The translations under genes were made by a program, and so were the position numbers. Positions 1-7,778 of a stretch of DNA of 47,663 nucleotides are shown piece by piece. Position 1 is the stretch's first letter. Every line of letters starts with the position of its first letter. This stretch comes from Candidatus Harrisonbacteria bacterium (lineage in GTDB: Bacteria > Patescibacteriota > Minisyncoccia > UBA6257 > WO2-44-18): NCBI GenBank assembly GCA_016182295.1, contig JACOXP010000008.1:1-47663 (forward strand), written 5' to 3'. The notes under the pieces were generated by a model. The model saw only the letters and a program-made list of their open reading frames with translations, had not been told where the DNA came from and did no database searches.

Positions 1-22
1 CCCCCATTTCTGCACGATCCAT
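1..22 (-). CDS. 5' end (7 codons, MDRAEMG...) of an unidentified CDS running off the left edge
   Basis: ATG at 22-20 on the minus strand. It is preceded by GGAGG (complement of 28-32) at 5-nt spacing and by a consensus promoter at 57-85. The product cannot be named from 7 codons. Confidence 0.35.
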
Positions 23-56
23 AGTAGCCTCCATTTCTAGCGATGTTCTAGAGAAC

Positions 57-85
57 AGTATAGCCTAAATTGATGAAGATGTCAA
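57..85 (-). promoter_or_regulatory. sigma70-type promoter TTGACA-17nt-TATACT for the left-edge gene
   Basis: The minus strand reads TTGACA (85-80), a 17-nt spacer, then TATACT (62-57), about 25 nt upstream of the GGAGG/ATG. Confidence 0.5.
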
Positions 86-124
86 GGAAATTTCCATGAC
101 AAAATAGTTTATAGGAAAAGTAAT

Positions 125-180
125 AAAAGTGTCACATGACGCAGGGATAAAAAAGAGCCCGACAATTAAGCTTGTCGAGC
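125..180 (-). repeat. Copy 0 of the dispersed hairpin + T-run + CATGAC element (other copies at 46051, 46501, 46914, 47567)
   Basis: Plus strand: AAAAGTGTCACATGACGCAGGGATAAAAAAGAGCCCGAC, then a 9-bp-stem hairpin (157-165 / 172-180). It shares AAAAGTGTCA...ATAAAAAA(G)AGCCCGAC with the copy at 46914. On the minus strand it is a hairpin plus T-run immediately after the stop of the 166-513 ORF. Confidence 0.6.
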
Positions 181-513
181 CCATGATTTTAGTGAGGCCA
201 AGAATTCCTCGATCGCACTGTTATTGTAGCTTTCAAGAGGAAACACCGGTTTACCCCGCTGGATAGCTCGCTCACGATCTCGTTTGGCACCGTTTGAATG
301 TTTCCATCCTGGCAGTAGAACAAATGCTTCGCAAGAGAGATCATAGATAGCGTCGTCCAGAGCGTGATAGTAAGCTTCTGGTGCTTGAGCTAATCGTTCA
401 AATCGAGCTGTGTGGCTATGAGGCGCAAAGAAAGAAAATGTTTCTACTAACGACGAGAAGTTAATTGGCGAGCCTGTTAATTTCGGGTAAAATATAGATA
501 TTATATGTTGAAT
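166..513 (-). pseudogene. DUF4406-like (nucleoside 2-deoxyribosyltransferase-like) reading frame lacking a canonical start codon
   Basis: A 115-codon open frame missing from the ORF track because it has no ATG/GTG/TTG near its 5' end. The translation ..IISIFYPKLTGSPINFSS..FAPHSH..YYHALDDAIYDLSCEAFVLLPGWKHSNGAKRDRERAIQRGKPVF.. matches my memory of the DUF4406 pattern (PMTG...N..F, LLPGW..S.GA..E...A...G.PV). The frame runs into the ileS start region. Stop TAA at 168-166. Confidence 0.4.
465..493 (+). promoter_or_regulatory. Candidate ileS promoter (TTGGCG-17nt-TAAAAT)
   Basis: TTGGCG at 465-470, a 17-nt spacer, TAAAAT at 488-493. The ATG is at 505 with no Shine-Dalgarno sequence, which implies a very short leader. 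Confidence 0.4.
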
Positions 514-3500
514 TTACTGAAATCTTTTAATTTGCCTCAAATTGAGGAGAAAATTCTGAAATTTTGGAAAGAAGGCCGGGTTTTTGAAAGAATCCAAGAA
601 TTACGGAAAAAATCGAAAAAAGCCAAACCCTTTAAATTTTTTGAAGGCCCCCCAACCGCCAATGGGCGGCCGGGCATCCATCACGTGCTCGCTCGTTCTT
701 TCAAGGATGTCATTCCGAGATATAAAACAATGCGCGGGTTTTTTGTCTTAAGGCGCGCCGGTTGGGACACTCACGGTCTACCGGTTGAGCTGGAAGTTGA
801 AAAAAAACTTGGCATTAAAACCAAGCAGGAAATAGAAAAATTCGGAATCGTTGAATTTAATACCCAGGCGAAAATGTCCGTCTGGGCGTATAAAAGCGAT
901 TGGGAAAAATTAACCGAACGGATCGGTTTCTGGCTTGATTTTAACGACCCTTACATTACCTACAACAATCCATACATTGAGAGTTTGTGGTGGATCTTTT
1001 CAGAAATAGAGCGGCGGGGCCATTTAAAAAAACTTCACAAAATCGTTCCCTGGTGTCCGCGTTGCCAAACGCCGCTTTCGAGCCACGAGCTTGGACAGCC
1101 GGGCGCGTATCGGACCACCAAAGATCCTTCCGTCTATATCAAATTAAAAATTAAAAATTCAAAAACCAACGATTGCCTGCTGATCTGGACGACAACGCCC
1201 TGGACTTTGCCTGGCAACGTGGCGGTCGCGGTTAATCCGAAACTCACCTACACAAAATATAAGGTTGGCGGTGAATATCTTTGGAGCTATAACGTTCCCC
1301 CGAAGACCGAAAAGGGAGAACCAGAAGTCGTTGAAAAGCTTTCCGGAAAAAAATTGGCCGGCCTGGAATACGAACCGCCCTATCCGAATGAAGGCGCTCA
1401 TAAAGTCATCGAAGCTGATTTTGTTTCCACGGAGGAAGGAACCGGTCTGGTGCATATTGCGCCGGCTTATGGAGAAGACGATTTGCGCGTCGCCGGCCAT
1501 GGGCCGATTCCAATGAGCGTTGATGATCGGGGGATTATGAAAAAGTCCGCCAGCTGGCGGATTCCCGGAGAAGGAAAATTTGTAAAAGAGGCGGACAGTG
1601 ACATTATCGCCGATCTTGAAAAAAGAAAAATTTTGCATTCAAGCGGTTTAATAGAGCACGAATATCCTTTTTGCTGGCGTTGCTCCACCCCGCTTTTGTA
1701 TTTTGCCCGCAAGTCCTGGTTTATCGTAATGTCGAAACTGCGGAGCGAAATGCTTTCGGCCAACAAAAAAATAAACTGGATTCCGGAGCATATCAAGGAA
1801 GGGAGATTTGGAGAATGGCTGCGCGACCTCAAAGATTGGTCGATTTCCCGCAACCGCTACTGGGGAACGCCGCTGCCGATTTGGGAATGCGAAAAGGACG
1901 AGACGCACCGTTTGTTTATCGGCTCGCTCGAAGATCTGAATAAGCACGCTTTCAATAAAAATCGATTTTTTATCGCCAGACATTCCGAGGCCGAGCATAA
2001 TATTAGCGGCACGTTGGCCAACGGTTCCGAAAGTGGCAATAATGCTTCCAAATTGACCGAGAAAGGCGTCAAACAAGCCGAAAGTATGGCTAAAGAATTC
2101 ACGAAGAAAAAGATAGATGTTATTTATCATTCGCCCTTGGCTCGGACAAAAGAAGTCGCGCAAATTATTGCCAAAGCGACGGGGGCGGAAACCATTGCCG
2201 ATAAAAGATTAACCGAAGTCAACGGAGGGAGTTTCAATAACCGTTCGGTTGGAGAATTCGGCGCGTTTTTCAAAAGCAAGATGGAGAGATTTTCCAAAAC
2301 GCCGCCCGGGGGAGAAAATTACTCCGATATTAAAAAGAGAATGCTTGAAGCGATTCGTGATATTAACCAGAAACACAACGAAAAAAATATATTAATTGTC
2401 AGTCACGGCGACCCGCTTTTTGTGCTTGAGGGCGCAGTACAGGGCCTTTCCAATGAAAAAATATCTGAAATTTCGAGCTTGCCGGTGGCCGGCTGGAAAG
2501 AAATAAGCTCCAATAATTGGCCGCTTAACAAAGACGGCGAACTTGATTTGCACCGGCCGTTCATTGACGCCGTTTGTCTTCAATGCCCCGATTGCGAAGC
2601 GAAAATGAACCGCGTTAAAGATGTTGCCGATGCTTGGTTTGATTCAGGCGCGATGCCTTTTGCCCAGTGGCATTACCCTTTTGAGAATAAACAACTGATC
2701 GACAAAGGCGAGCAGTTTCCGGCTGATTACATAACCGAAGGCATTGACCAGACGCGCGGCTGGTTCTACACGCTTCTCGCGGTTTCTATTCTTTTGAAGC
2801 GGGGCGCGCCGTATAAAAATGTCATTTCGCTCGGATTGTTGCTCGATAAACATGGCCAGAAAATGTCTAAATCCAAAGGCAATATTGTTGATCCATGGGA
2901 AATGATTAATAAATACGGCGCCGACGTTCTTCGTTGGTATTTTTTCACGATCAATCCACCCGGAGAGCCGAAGCGCTTTGACGAAAACGATTTGCGTAAA
3001 ACCGTAAACAAATTGTTTATGATTATTTATAACTCGTTTGTTTTTTACAAAACTTACGGCGAGGGAAGCTCCGAACCAATTCCAGCGCTCGATAATTGGG
3101 TTTTAGCCCGATTGCAGGAAACAATCGCGCAAGTTACCGAAGCGATGGATAAGTACGAAATAGGAGACGCGGCAAAATCAATCGAAAGATTAGTTGATGA
3201 TTTTTCCCGATGGTATATTCGCCGCTCCAGAAAAAATGTTTCCGGCCAAACTTTAAATAAAGTGCTTTCAATGTTGAGCAAATTAATCGCCCCCCTCACC
3301 CCGTTTTTCGCCGACGCTCTTTGGCAGTCTCTTGGCAATCGAGAATCCGTTCATTCTGCCGATTGGCCGGAAGTTGAGAAAAAACTTTTTGATAAAAAAT
3401 TACTGGGAGCAATGGCGGAAGTGAGAAAATTAGCCAGTTTGGCTTTAGCGGAACGAGAAAAAGCGGGCATTAAAGTTCGTCAACCTTTGCGAGAGTTAAG

Positions 3501-3897
3501 AATCAAAAATCAAGAATTAAAAAAATCCGATAAAAGTTTGCTGGATATTTTAGCCGATGAAGTAAATGTAAAAACGGTATCTTTTGATGATAAAATCACC
3601 GCTGAAATCGAGCTCGATCTTAAAATCACTCCGGAGCTCAAAAATGAAGGCATTCTCCGCGACTTGATCCGGATGGTTCAGGGATTGCGGCACGACGCGG
3701 GTTATCAGCCGCATAACAAAATCGCTCTGATGGCGGAATTGCCAAGCGATATTTTCAAAGTAGCGCAGGCGAATCTTGCCGAATTTAAAAAAGCCGTGAA
3801 TGCCCAAGAGGTTGAATTTAAACGAGATAAATTCGACGCTGAAATTTCCACCAATCTTGATGGCCAGAAAATTTGGCTGGCGGTGCGAAAAGTTTAG
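505..3897 (+). CDS. ileS: Isoleucyl-tRNA synthetase (Thermus/archaeal-like type) carrying an internal histidine-phosphatase domain
   Basis: 1130 aa. Class I signatures PPTANGRPGIHH and KMSKSKGN; WDTHGLPVE; WCPRCQTPLS; DWSISRNRYWGTPLPIW; EGIDQTRGWFY. From memory it is colinear with Thermus IleRS except for the 1942-2544 insert. Confidence 0.95.
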   Translation: MLNLLKSFNLPQIEEKILKFWKEGRVFERIQELRKKSKKAKPFKFFEGPPTANGRPGIHHVLARSFKDVIPRYKTMRGFFVLRRAGWDTHGLPVELEVEKKLGIKTKQEIEKFGIVEFNTQAKMSVWAYKSDWEKLTERIGFWLDFNDPYITYNNPYIESLWWIFSEIERRGHLKKLHKIVPWCPRCQTPLSSHELGQPGAYRTTKDPSVYIKLKIKNSKTNDCLLIWTTTPWTLPGNVAVAVNPKLTYTKYKVGGEYLWSYNVPPKTEKGEPEVVEKLSGKKLAGLEYEPPYPNEGAHKVIEADFVSTEEGTGLVHIAPAYGEDDLRVAGHGPIPMSVDDRGIMKKSASWRIPGEGKFVKEADSDIIADLEKRKILHSSGLIEHEYPFCWRCSTPLLYFARKSWFIVMSKLRSEMLSANKKINWIPEHIKEGRFGEWLRDLKDWSISRNRYWGTPLPIWECEKDETHRLFIGSLEDLNKHAFNKNRFFIARHSEAEHNISGTLANGSESGNNASKLTEKGVKQAESMAKEFTKKKIDVIYHSPLARTKEVAQIIAKATGAETIADKRLTEVNGGSFNNRSVGEFGAFFKSKMERFSKTPPGGENYSDIKKRMLEAIRDINQKHNEKNILIVSHGDPLFVLEGAVQGLSNEKISEISSLPVAGWKEISSNNWPLNKDGELDLHRPFIDAVCLQCPDCEAKMNRVKDVADAWFDSGAMPFAQWHYPFENKQLIDKGEQFPADYITEGIDQTRGWFYTLLAVSILLKRGAPYKNVISLGLLLDKHGQKMSKSKGNIVDPWEMINKYGADVLRWYFFTINPPGEPKRFDENDLRKTVNKLFMIIYNSFVFYKTYGEGSSEPIPALDNWVLARLQETIAQVTEAMDKYEIGDAAKSIERLVDDFSRWYIRRSRKNVSGQTLNKVLSMLSKLIAPLTPFFADALWQSLGNRESVHSADWPEVEKKLFDKKLLGAMAEVRKLASLALAEREKAGIKVRQPLRELRIKNQELKKSDKSLLDILADEVNVKTVSFDDKITAEIELDLKITPELKNEGILRDLIRMVQGLRHDAGYQPHNKIALMAELPSDIFKVAQANLAEFKKAVNAQEVEFKRDKFDAEISTNLDGQKIWLAVRKV
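1942..2544 (+). other. In-frame histidine phosphatase (PGAM/His_Phos_1-like) domain inserted in IleRS
   Basis: Motifs RHSEAEHN, LTEKGVKQA, SPLARTKEVA, TEVNGGSF, PPGGENYSDI and IVSHGD lie between GSLEDLN and LDLHRPFIDA. Confidence 0.75.
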
Positions 3898-3933
3898 GAG
3901 TACACTTAAAACAGCTTTTTAAGGAATGGGAAA

Positions 3934-4287
3934 ATGGATGAAAATCCAGATTCTGGCGGGTCTTTGGGCTTATTTTTGTGGGAAACTCTACTGACAATCG
4001 CCGTCTGCCTTTTAGCCGCGGTTGTTATGGTCCGTGTTTTTGGTGGAGCTGCCGGCGCTGTAGTCGCGGCGATCTGGGGAATATTTTGGGGAATTTTTGC
4101 CGGTGTGCGCGTGTCGAGCTCAACTTTGGCGGCGGGATTTCTCGGTTTGATAATAGTGATTATCTGCGGCTTAGTATTTTTCTCATACGACCAGACCAAC
4201 GGTTTGATAGTTGTTATTTTCGCGTCTTTAAGCGCCGCTTCCGCGTTATTTGTGCGCATGCACATTGGAAATAATAAATTTGTTTGA
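3934..4287 (+). CDS. Small integral membrane protein, function unknown
   Basis: 117 aa with 3-4 hydrophobic segments (LLTIAVCLLAAVVMV, AVVAAIWGIFWGIFAGV, FLGLIIVIICGLVFF, LIVVIFASLSAASALF). AAGGAA lies 7 nt upstream of the ATG, and a terminator follows. The overlapping minus-strand ORF 3906-4265 is judged a shadow. Confidence 0.55.
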   Translation: MDENPDSGGSLGLFLWETLLTIAVCLLAAVVMVRVFGGAAGAVVAAIWGIFWGIFAGVRVSSSTLAAGFLGLIIVIICGLVFFSYDQTNGLIVVIFASLSAASALFVRMHIGNNKFV

Positions 4288-4292
4288 ACAAC

Positions 4293-4318
4293 AAAAGACC
4301 CCAGAACTGGGGTCCTTT
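4293..4318. terminator. Bidirectional rho-independent terminator between the membrane protein gene and trpS
   Basis: GACCCCAG-AA-CTGGGGTC hairpin (4297-4314), flanked by AAAA on the left and TTT on the right. On the minus strand it is followed by TTTTGTTGTT. Confidence 0.7.
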
Positions 4319-5303
4319 ATATTGCCAGGCCGATTTTCTCTTTCACCTCCGCTATTTTTTTTCCGGAGATTCTGGCGGCTTGCGCCGAACCGCGCTGGAG
4401 AATTTTTTTAATTTTAGCCGGTTTTTTTAATAATTCCATTTTCTTGCGGCGAAGCGGAGCGAAATGGCTCGCGACTAATTTAGCAAATGCCTTTTTAAAT
4501 TCGAAATAACCCCTGTTGCCGAATTGCCGCTCAATTTTTTCCATCGATTCGCCGGAAAGAGATTTATAAATCATCAGCATATTGGAAACAGCCGGTTTTT
4601 CTTTGGGATTGTACGCGATTTTACTTCCGGAATCGGTCACGGCGCCGCGGATTTTTTGATTGATTACCTCCGGAGAATCGTCAATAAAAAGACAGCCGGC
4701 CGATCGGGACTTGGACATTTTTTTAGTCGGATCATCCAAACTCATGATTCGGGGTGTTTCAGTCATCAATGCTTGCGGCTCCCTAAAAATAGATCCAAAT
4801 TTTTTATTGAATTTGCGCGCCAAAGTGCGAGCGAGTTCCAAGTGTTGAAGTTGGTCTTCTCCAACAGGTACCTGGTTGGCATCGTAGAGCAAGATATCGG
4901 CCGCCATCAATACGGGATAAGTAAACAACCCCACATTGGCCGACTCCTGGTGCGATCCGCTTTTTTCTTTAAACTGCGTCATCCGGCGAAGTTCGCCGAA
5001 GGGCGTAATAGAATTTAAGATCCAACTAAGCTCGGTGTGAGCCGACACTTGCGACTGAAGAAAAATCAGCGATTTTTTTGGATTTAATCCGGCGGCGATA
5101 TAATTCGCGGCCAGTTCAATAATCTGGTGAGGTTTTTCTTTGGGGACGAATTCTTCAGTCAGAGAATGAAGATCGGCAATGAAAAAATGGCAATTATATT
5201 TGCCCGAATTCTGCAGATCGACAAAATTTTTGAGAGCGCCGAGATAATTTCCCAAGTGAAGGCGTCCGGTTGGCTGGATTCCAGAAATAAGAACGGGCTT
5301 CAT
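4317..5303 (-). CDS. trpS: Tryptophanyl-tRNA synthetase
   Basis: 328 aa. SGIQPTGRLHLGNYLG (HIGH region), KMSKS, and the typical TrpRS length. Confidence 0.95.
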   Translation of the reverse strand: MKPVLISGIQPTGRLHLGNYLGALKNFVDLQNSGKYNCHFFIADLHSLTEEFVPKEKPHQIIELAANYIAAGLNPKKSLIFLQSQVSAHTELSWILNSITPFGELRRMTQFKEKSGSHQESANVGLFTYPVLMAADILLYDANQVPVGEDQLQHLELARTLARKFNKKFGSIFREPQALMTETPRIMSLDDPTKKMSKSRSAGCLFIDDSPEVINQKIRGAVTDSGSKIAYNPKEKPAVSNMLMIYKSLSGESMEKIERQFGNRGYFEFKKAFAKLVASHFAPLRRKKMELLKKPAKIKKILQRGSAQAARISGKKIAEVKEKIGLAI

Positions 5304-7018
5304 ACTTCAATTATAACCGGAATAATCATCGGCCGGCGCTGGGTTTTGGTGAAAAGAAGCTGGCCAAGCTGGTCGCGGAACAAAGTTTTGAGATAATCCG
5401 GCTCGATATCGCGATGGCCAGTAACTCGACCCAAAATAGCCCGAATTTTTTTGCGAACGTCATCAAGGAGTCCTTGATTTTCCTTAAGGTAAATGAAACC
5501 GCGGGAAATAATATCCGGATTTTTGAGAAGCCGGCGATTGTGGCGGTCAAGGGTCGTAATGACTACCACCATGCCCTCTTTCGCGAGCAGACGACGGTCG
5601 CGAAGCACAATTTCGCCTACGTCACCGACGCCAAGTCCGTCAACCATCACGTATGACGCGTCAACGGTTTTATCGGTTACTTGAAAAGTATCTTTCGTAA
5701 GTTCGCATACTTGGCCGTTATCCACCAAAATCGCGTTTTCTTTTGGAATACCGACTGATTGAGCGTGCTTGGCGGATGCCGCGCGGAAGAAATAATATCC
5801 GTGCACCGGCACGACGAATTTCGGCTTGGAAAGTTTTATCACCAATTTCAAATCTTCAGCCGGTCCGTGACCGCTGGCGTGGATATCCAGAAATCGGGAA
5901 TTGTAGACCTGATCAACTTGGCGAGCGATGTTATCTTGCAGGGTCTGGACGCTTCGTTCATTGCCCGGAACAACGGAGGAAGAAAAAATCACCATATCGC
6001 TTCTCTTCAAAGTAATATAGCGATGTTCGCCGTTGGCAATTCTGGTAAGGCCGGCGTTTGGTTCGCCTTGTCCGCCAGTGGTTAAAATCATAACTTTGTC
6101 GTCTTTGTGGCTGTTTACTTCTTCCAGTTGGATAAAAATATCCTTTTTGGTTTTGATGTAGCCCATATTCACCGCGATTTGGATATTGTCTTTCATAGTC
6201 CTGCCGTTGAGGGCGATTTTTCGTCCGAGGCGTTCGGCAATTTTAATAATTTCGGCAAGACGCGTTACCAGCGAGCCGAATGTCGCGACAATAATCCGAC
6301 CGTTCGCTTTTTGGAAAAGTTCCTCGAGATTTTTTTCGACAATCCTTTCGGAAGTGGCGTGGCCTTCTTCTTGGGCGTTAGTACTGTCCAAAAAAATCGA
6401 ATGGACCCCCATCTTGCCGATATGCTCAAAAATTTTTAAATGTTCTTTTTCCGGCTTTCCGTTTATGTCAGTTTCCAAACGGAAATCGCCAAAATGGACT
6501 AGTTTGCCGACTGGCGTGTCTAAAATTAATCCGATGGAATCGGGAATGGTGTGGCCGACATCGAAAAACTCGGCTTGAAAGTATTCGCCGATTCGCAATT
6601 TGTCGCCGTTTTTAACAACCTGGAATCTCGGTTTCGGCAGATTGCGGAATTCTTGGAATCGTTTTTCCACCAGCGCCCGCGTGAAAGCGGAGGTGTAAAT
6701 GATCGGATTGCCTATCTTTTCGATTATATAAGGAAGGGAGTGAATGTGATCGTAGTGACCGTGAGTGAGGATCAAGCCGCGGATGTTTTCTCTCTTTTTC
6801 TCTAAGCTCGAAACATTTGGGATAATGTAGTCAATGCCGGGAGTTTCCTCTTCCGGAAACTGGATGCCAACGTCAACCATCACAATCTCGTTGCCGTACT
6901 CAAAATAAGCGCAGTTGCGCCCGACTTCCTCAAGTCCGCCCAAAGGGACAAACTTAAGAACTTCTTTTTCGGAAGAAGCTTCTTTTACTTTTGGTTTGGG
7001 TTTAAGAACTCTAATCAT
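5300..7018 (-). CDS. rnj: Ribonuclease J (metallo-beta-lactamase / beta-CASP)
   Basis: 572 aa. LGGLEEVGRNC.., THGHYDHIH and the beta-CASP region. The stop region overlaps the trpS start by 4 nt. Confidence 0.9.
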   Translation of the reverse strand: MIRVLKPKPKVKEASSEKEVLKFVPLGGLEEVGRNCAYFEYGNEIVMVDVGIQFPEEETPGIDYIIPNVSSLEKKRENIRGLILTHGHYDHIHSLPYIIEKIGNPIIYTSAFTRALVEKRFQEFRNLPKPRFQVVKNGDKLRIGEYFQAEFFDVGHTIPDSIGLILDTPVGKLVHFGDFRLETDINGKPEKEHLKIFEHIGKMGVHSIFLDSTNAQEEGHATSERIVEKNLEELFQKANGRIIVATFGSLVTRLAEIIKIAERLGRKIALNGRTMKDNIQIAVNMGYIKTKKDIFIQLEEVNSHKDDKVMILTTGGQGEPNAGLTRIANGEHRYITLKRSDMVIFSSSVVPGNERSVQTLQDNIARQVDQVYNSRFLDIHASGHGPAEDLKLVIKLSKPKFVVPVHGYYFFRAASAKHAQSVGIPKENAILVDNGQVCELTKDTFQVTDKTVDASYVMVDGLGVGDVGEIVLRDRRLLAKEGMVVVITTLDRHNRRLLKNPDIISRGFIYLKENQGLLDDVRKKIRAILGRVTGHRDIEPDYLKTLFRDQLGQLLFTKTQRRPMIIPVIIEV

Positions 7019-7083
7019 TCAATTGTGTGGGCAGAGAGGGATTCGCCGCCCAAATTTTATTTGGGCGAGCCTCGCCCATCGAT

Positions 7084-7344
7084 TTAATCGATGGGCGGGA
7101 ACCCTTTTTGAAAATATTGTTTTAATTTTCTCCGACCGGCGCCACTTTTCCAATAAAGCTCTCGTTTTTTAGCCTCCTGCAGATTATCGTAGCATTCTGT
7201 AAAAAGAACTTTTAGTGGCCTTCTATGCTTTGTAGCCATAACGTTTCCAGAATTGTGCTCCTTCAACCTCGATCGCACGTCTTTTGTGTGACCGATATAC
7301 GTTTTCTTGTCCTTTAAACTCTGGAGAATGTATGTCCAAAACAT
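7084..7344 (-). CDS. GIY-YIG nuclease family protein (UPF0213-like)
   Basis: 86 aa. TYILQS..KTYIGHTKDVRSRLKEHNSG...KRELYWKSG. The ATG lies 6 nt downstream of the 3' end of tRNA-Leu. Confidence 0.8.
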   Translation of the reverse strand: MFWTYILQSLKDKKTYIGHTKDVRSRLKEHNSGNVMATKHRRPLKVLFTECYDNLQEAKKRELYWKSGAGRRKLKQYFQKGFPPID

Positions 7345-7350
7345 AGTTTG

Positions 7351-7434
7351 TGCCCCCCAGAGGATTTGAACCTCTACACCCTTGCGGGTACACGTACCTG
7401 AAACGTGTGCGTCTGCCGATTCCGCCAGGGGGGC
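7351..7434 (-). tRNA. tRNA-Leu (anticodon CAG), class II long variable arm, no encoded CCA
   Basis: Hand fold: GCCCCCC / GCGG-AATCGGCAG-ACGC / CACGT-TTCAGGT-ACGTG / long variable arm / AGAGG-TTCAAAT-CCTCT / GGGGGGC-A. Confidence 0.85.
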
Positions 7435-7539
7435 TCCACAAAGAAACTCAGATTGCCGATGCCCGCTAATTATTAACTTTATAAGAAATTCAACGTTGCT
7501 TTAATGATATATCCAAACTTATCAAAAGTCAAATTCCGG

Positions 7540-7611
7540 TGCCGGCGGCAAGAATTGAACTTGCGACCTTGGTCTTATGAAAACCCTGCTCTGCCACTGA
7601 GCTACGCCGGC
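7540..7611 (-). tRNA. tRNA with CAU anticodon, elongator type (Met; Ile2-lysidine cannot be excluded)
   Basis: Hand fold: GCCGGCG TA GCTC-AGTGGCA-GAGC A GGGTT-TTCATAA-GACCA AGGTC GCAAG-TTCAATT-CTTGC CGCCGGC A. The 1:72 pair is G:C. There is one G-A mismatch at 27:43. Confidence 0.75.
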
Positions 7612-7631
7612 GACTTTCCTTCGAAAGCATG

Positions 7632-7704
7632 TTGCGGGGACAGGATTTGCACATGTGACCTCCAGGTTATGGGCCTGGCGAGCTAACTACTGCTCTACCC
7701 CGCT
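7632..7704 (-). tRNA. Initiator-like tRNA (CAU) with atypical loops
   Basis: Hand fold: A-GCGGGG TA GAGC-AGTAGTTA-GCTC G CCAGG-CCCATAA-CCTGG AGGTC ACATG-TGCAAAT-CCTGT CCCCGC-A A. Initiator marks present: a 1:72 mismatch (A x A) and A11:U24. Odd features: C33, no GG in the D-loop, G at T-loop position 55, and one T-stem mismatch. Confidence 0.6.
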
Positions 7705-7709
7705 TGCCT

Positions 7710-7738
7710 ATATTATCACAAAAATTGGCCAAAGGCAA
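7710..7738 (-). promoter_or_regulatory. Promoter of the tRNA cluster (TTGCCT-17nt-TAATAT with TGn)
   Basis: The minus strand reads TTGCCT (7738-7733), a 17-nt spacer ending in TGA, then TAATAT (7715-7710). The mature 5' end of the tRNA lies 6 nt downstream. Confidence 0.5.
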
Positions 7739-7778
7739 TGAGCTGATTTTTTGCCGTTTAATGTTAGAATGAAGCTAA

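Noticed and set aside
1159-2163. Long antisense ORFs (159, 128, 171, 81 aa) inside ileS; similar shadow ORFs lie inside rnj, hppA, thrA, ftsH, valS and others
   Set aside because: They overlap well-supported, motif-rich genes on the opposite strand or in another frame. Their translations are low-complexity or Arg/Ser/Phe-rich, as expected for shadow frames, and they lack ribosome-binding sites.
1942-2544. Intein or mobile-intron explanation for the IleRS insert
   Set aside because: There is no Cys/Ser/Thr at the N-junction, no His-Asn followed by Cys/Ser/Thr at the C-junction, and no homing endonuclease motif. The insert instead matches histidine-phosphatase motifs throughout.
3906-4265. Minus-strand 119-aa ORF overlapping the 3934-4287 membrane-protein ORF
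   Set aside because: The plus-strand frame gives clean TM helices, has an upstream AAGGAA and ends at a terminator. The minus-strand frame is Pro/Thr/Ala-rich shadow sequence and would collide with the ileS terminator region.
7223-7686. Track ORFs 7223-7441 (minus) and 7504-7686 (plus)
   Set aside because: They run straight through the tRNA-Leu, tRNA-Met and initiator-like tRNA genes, so they are not coding.
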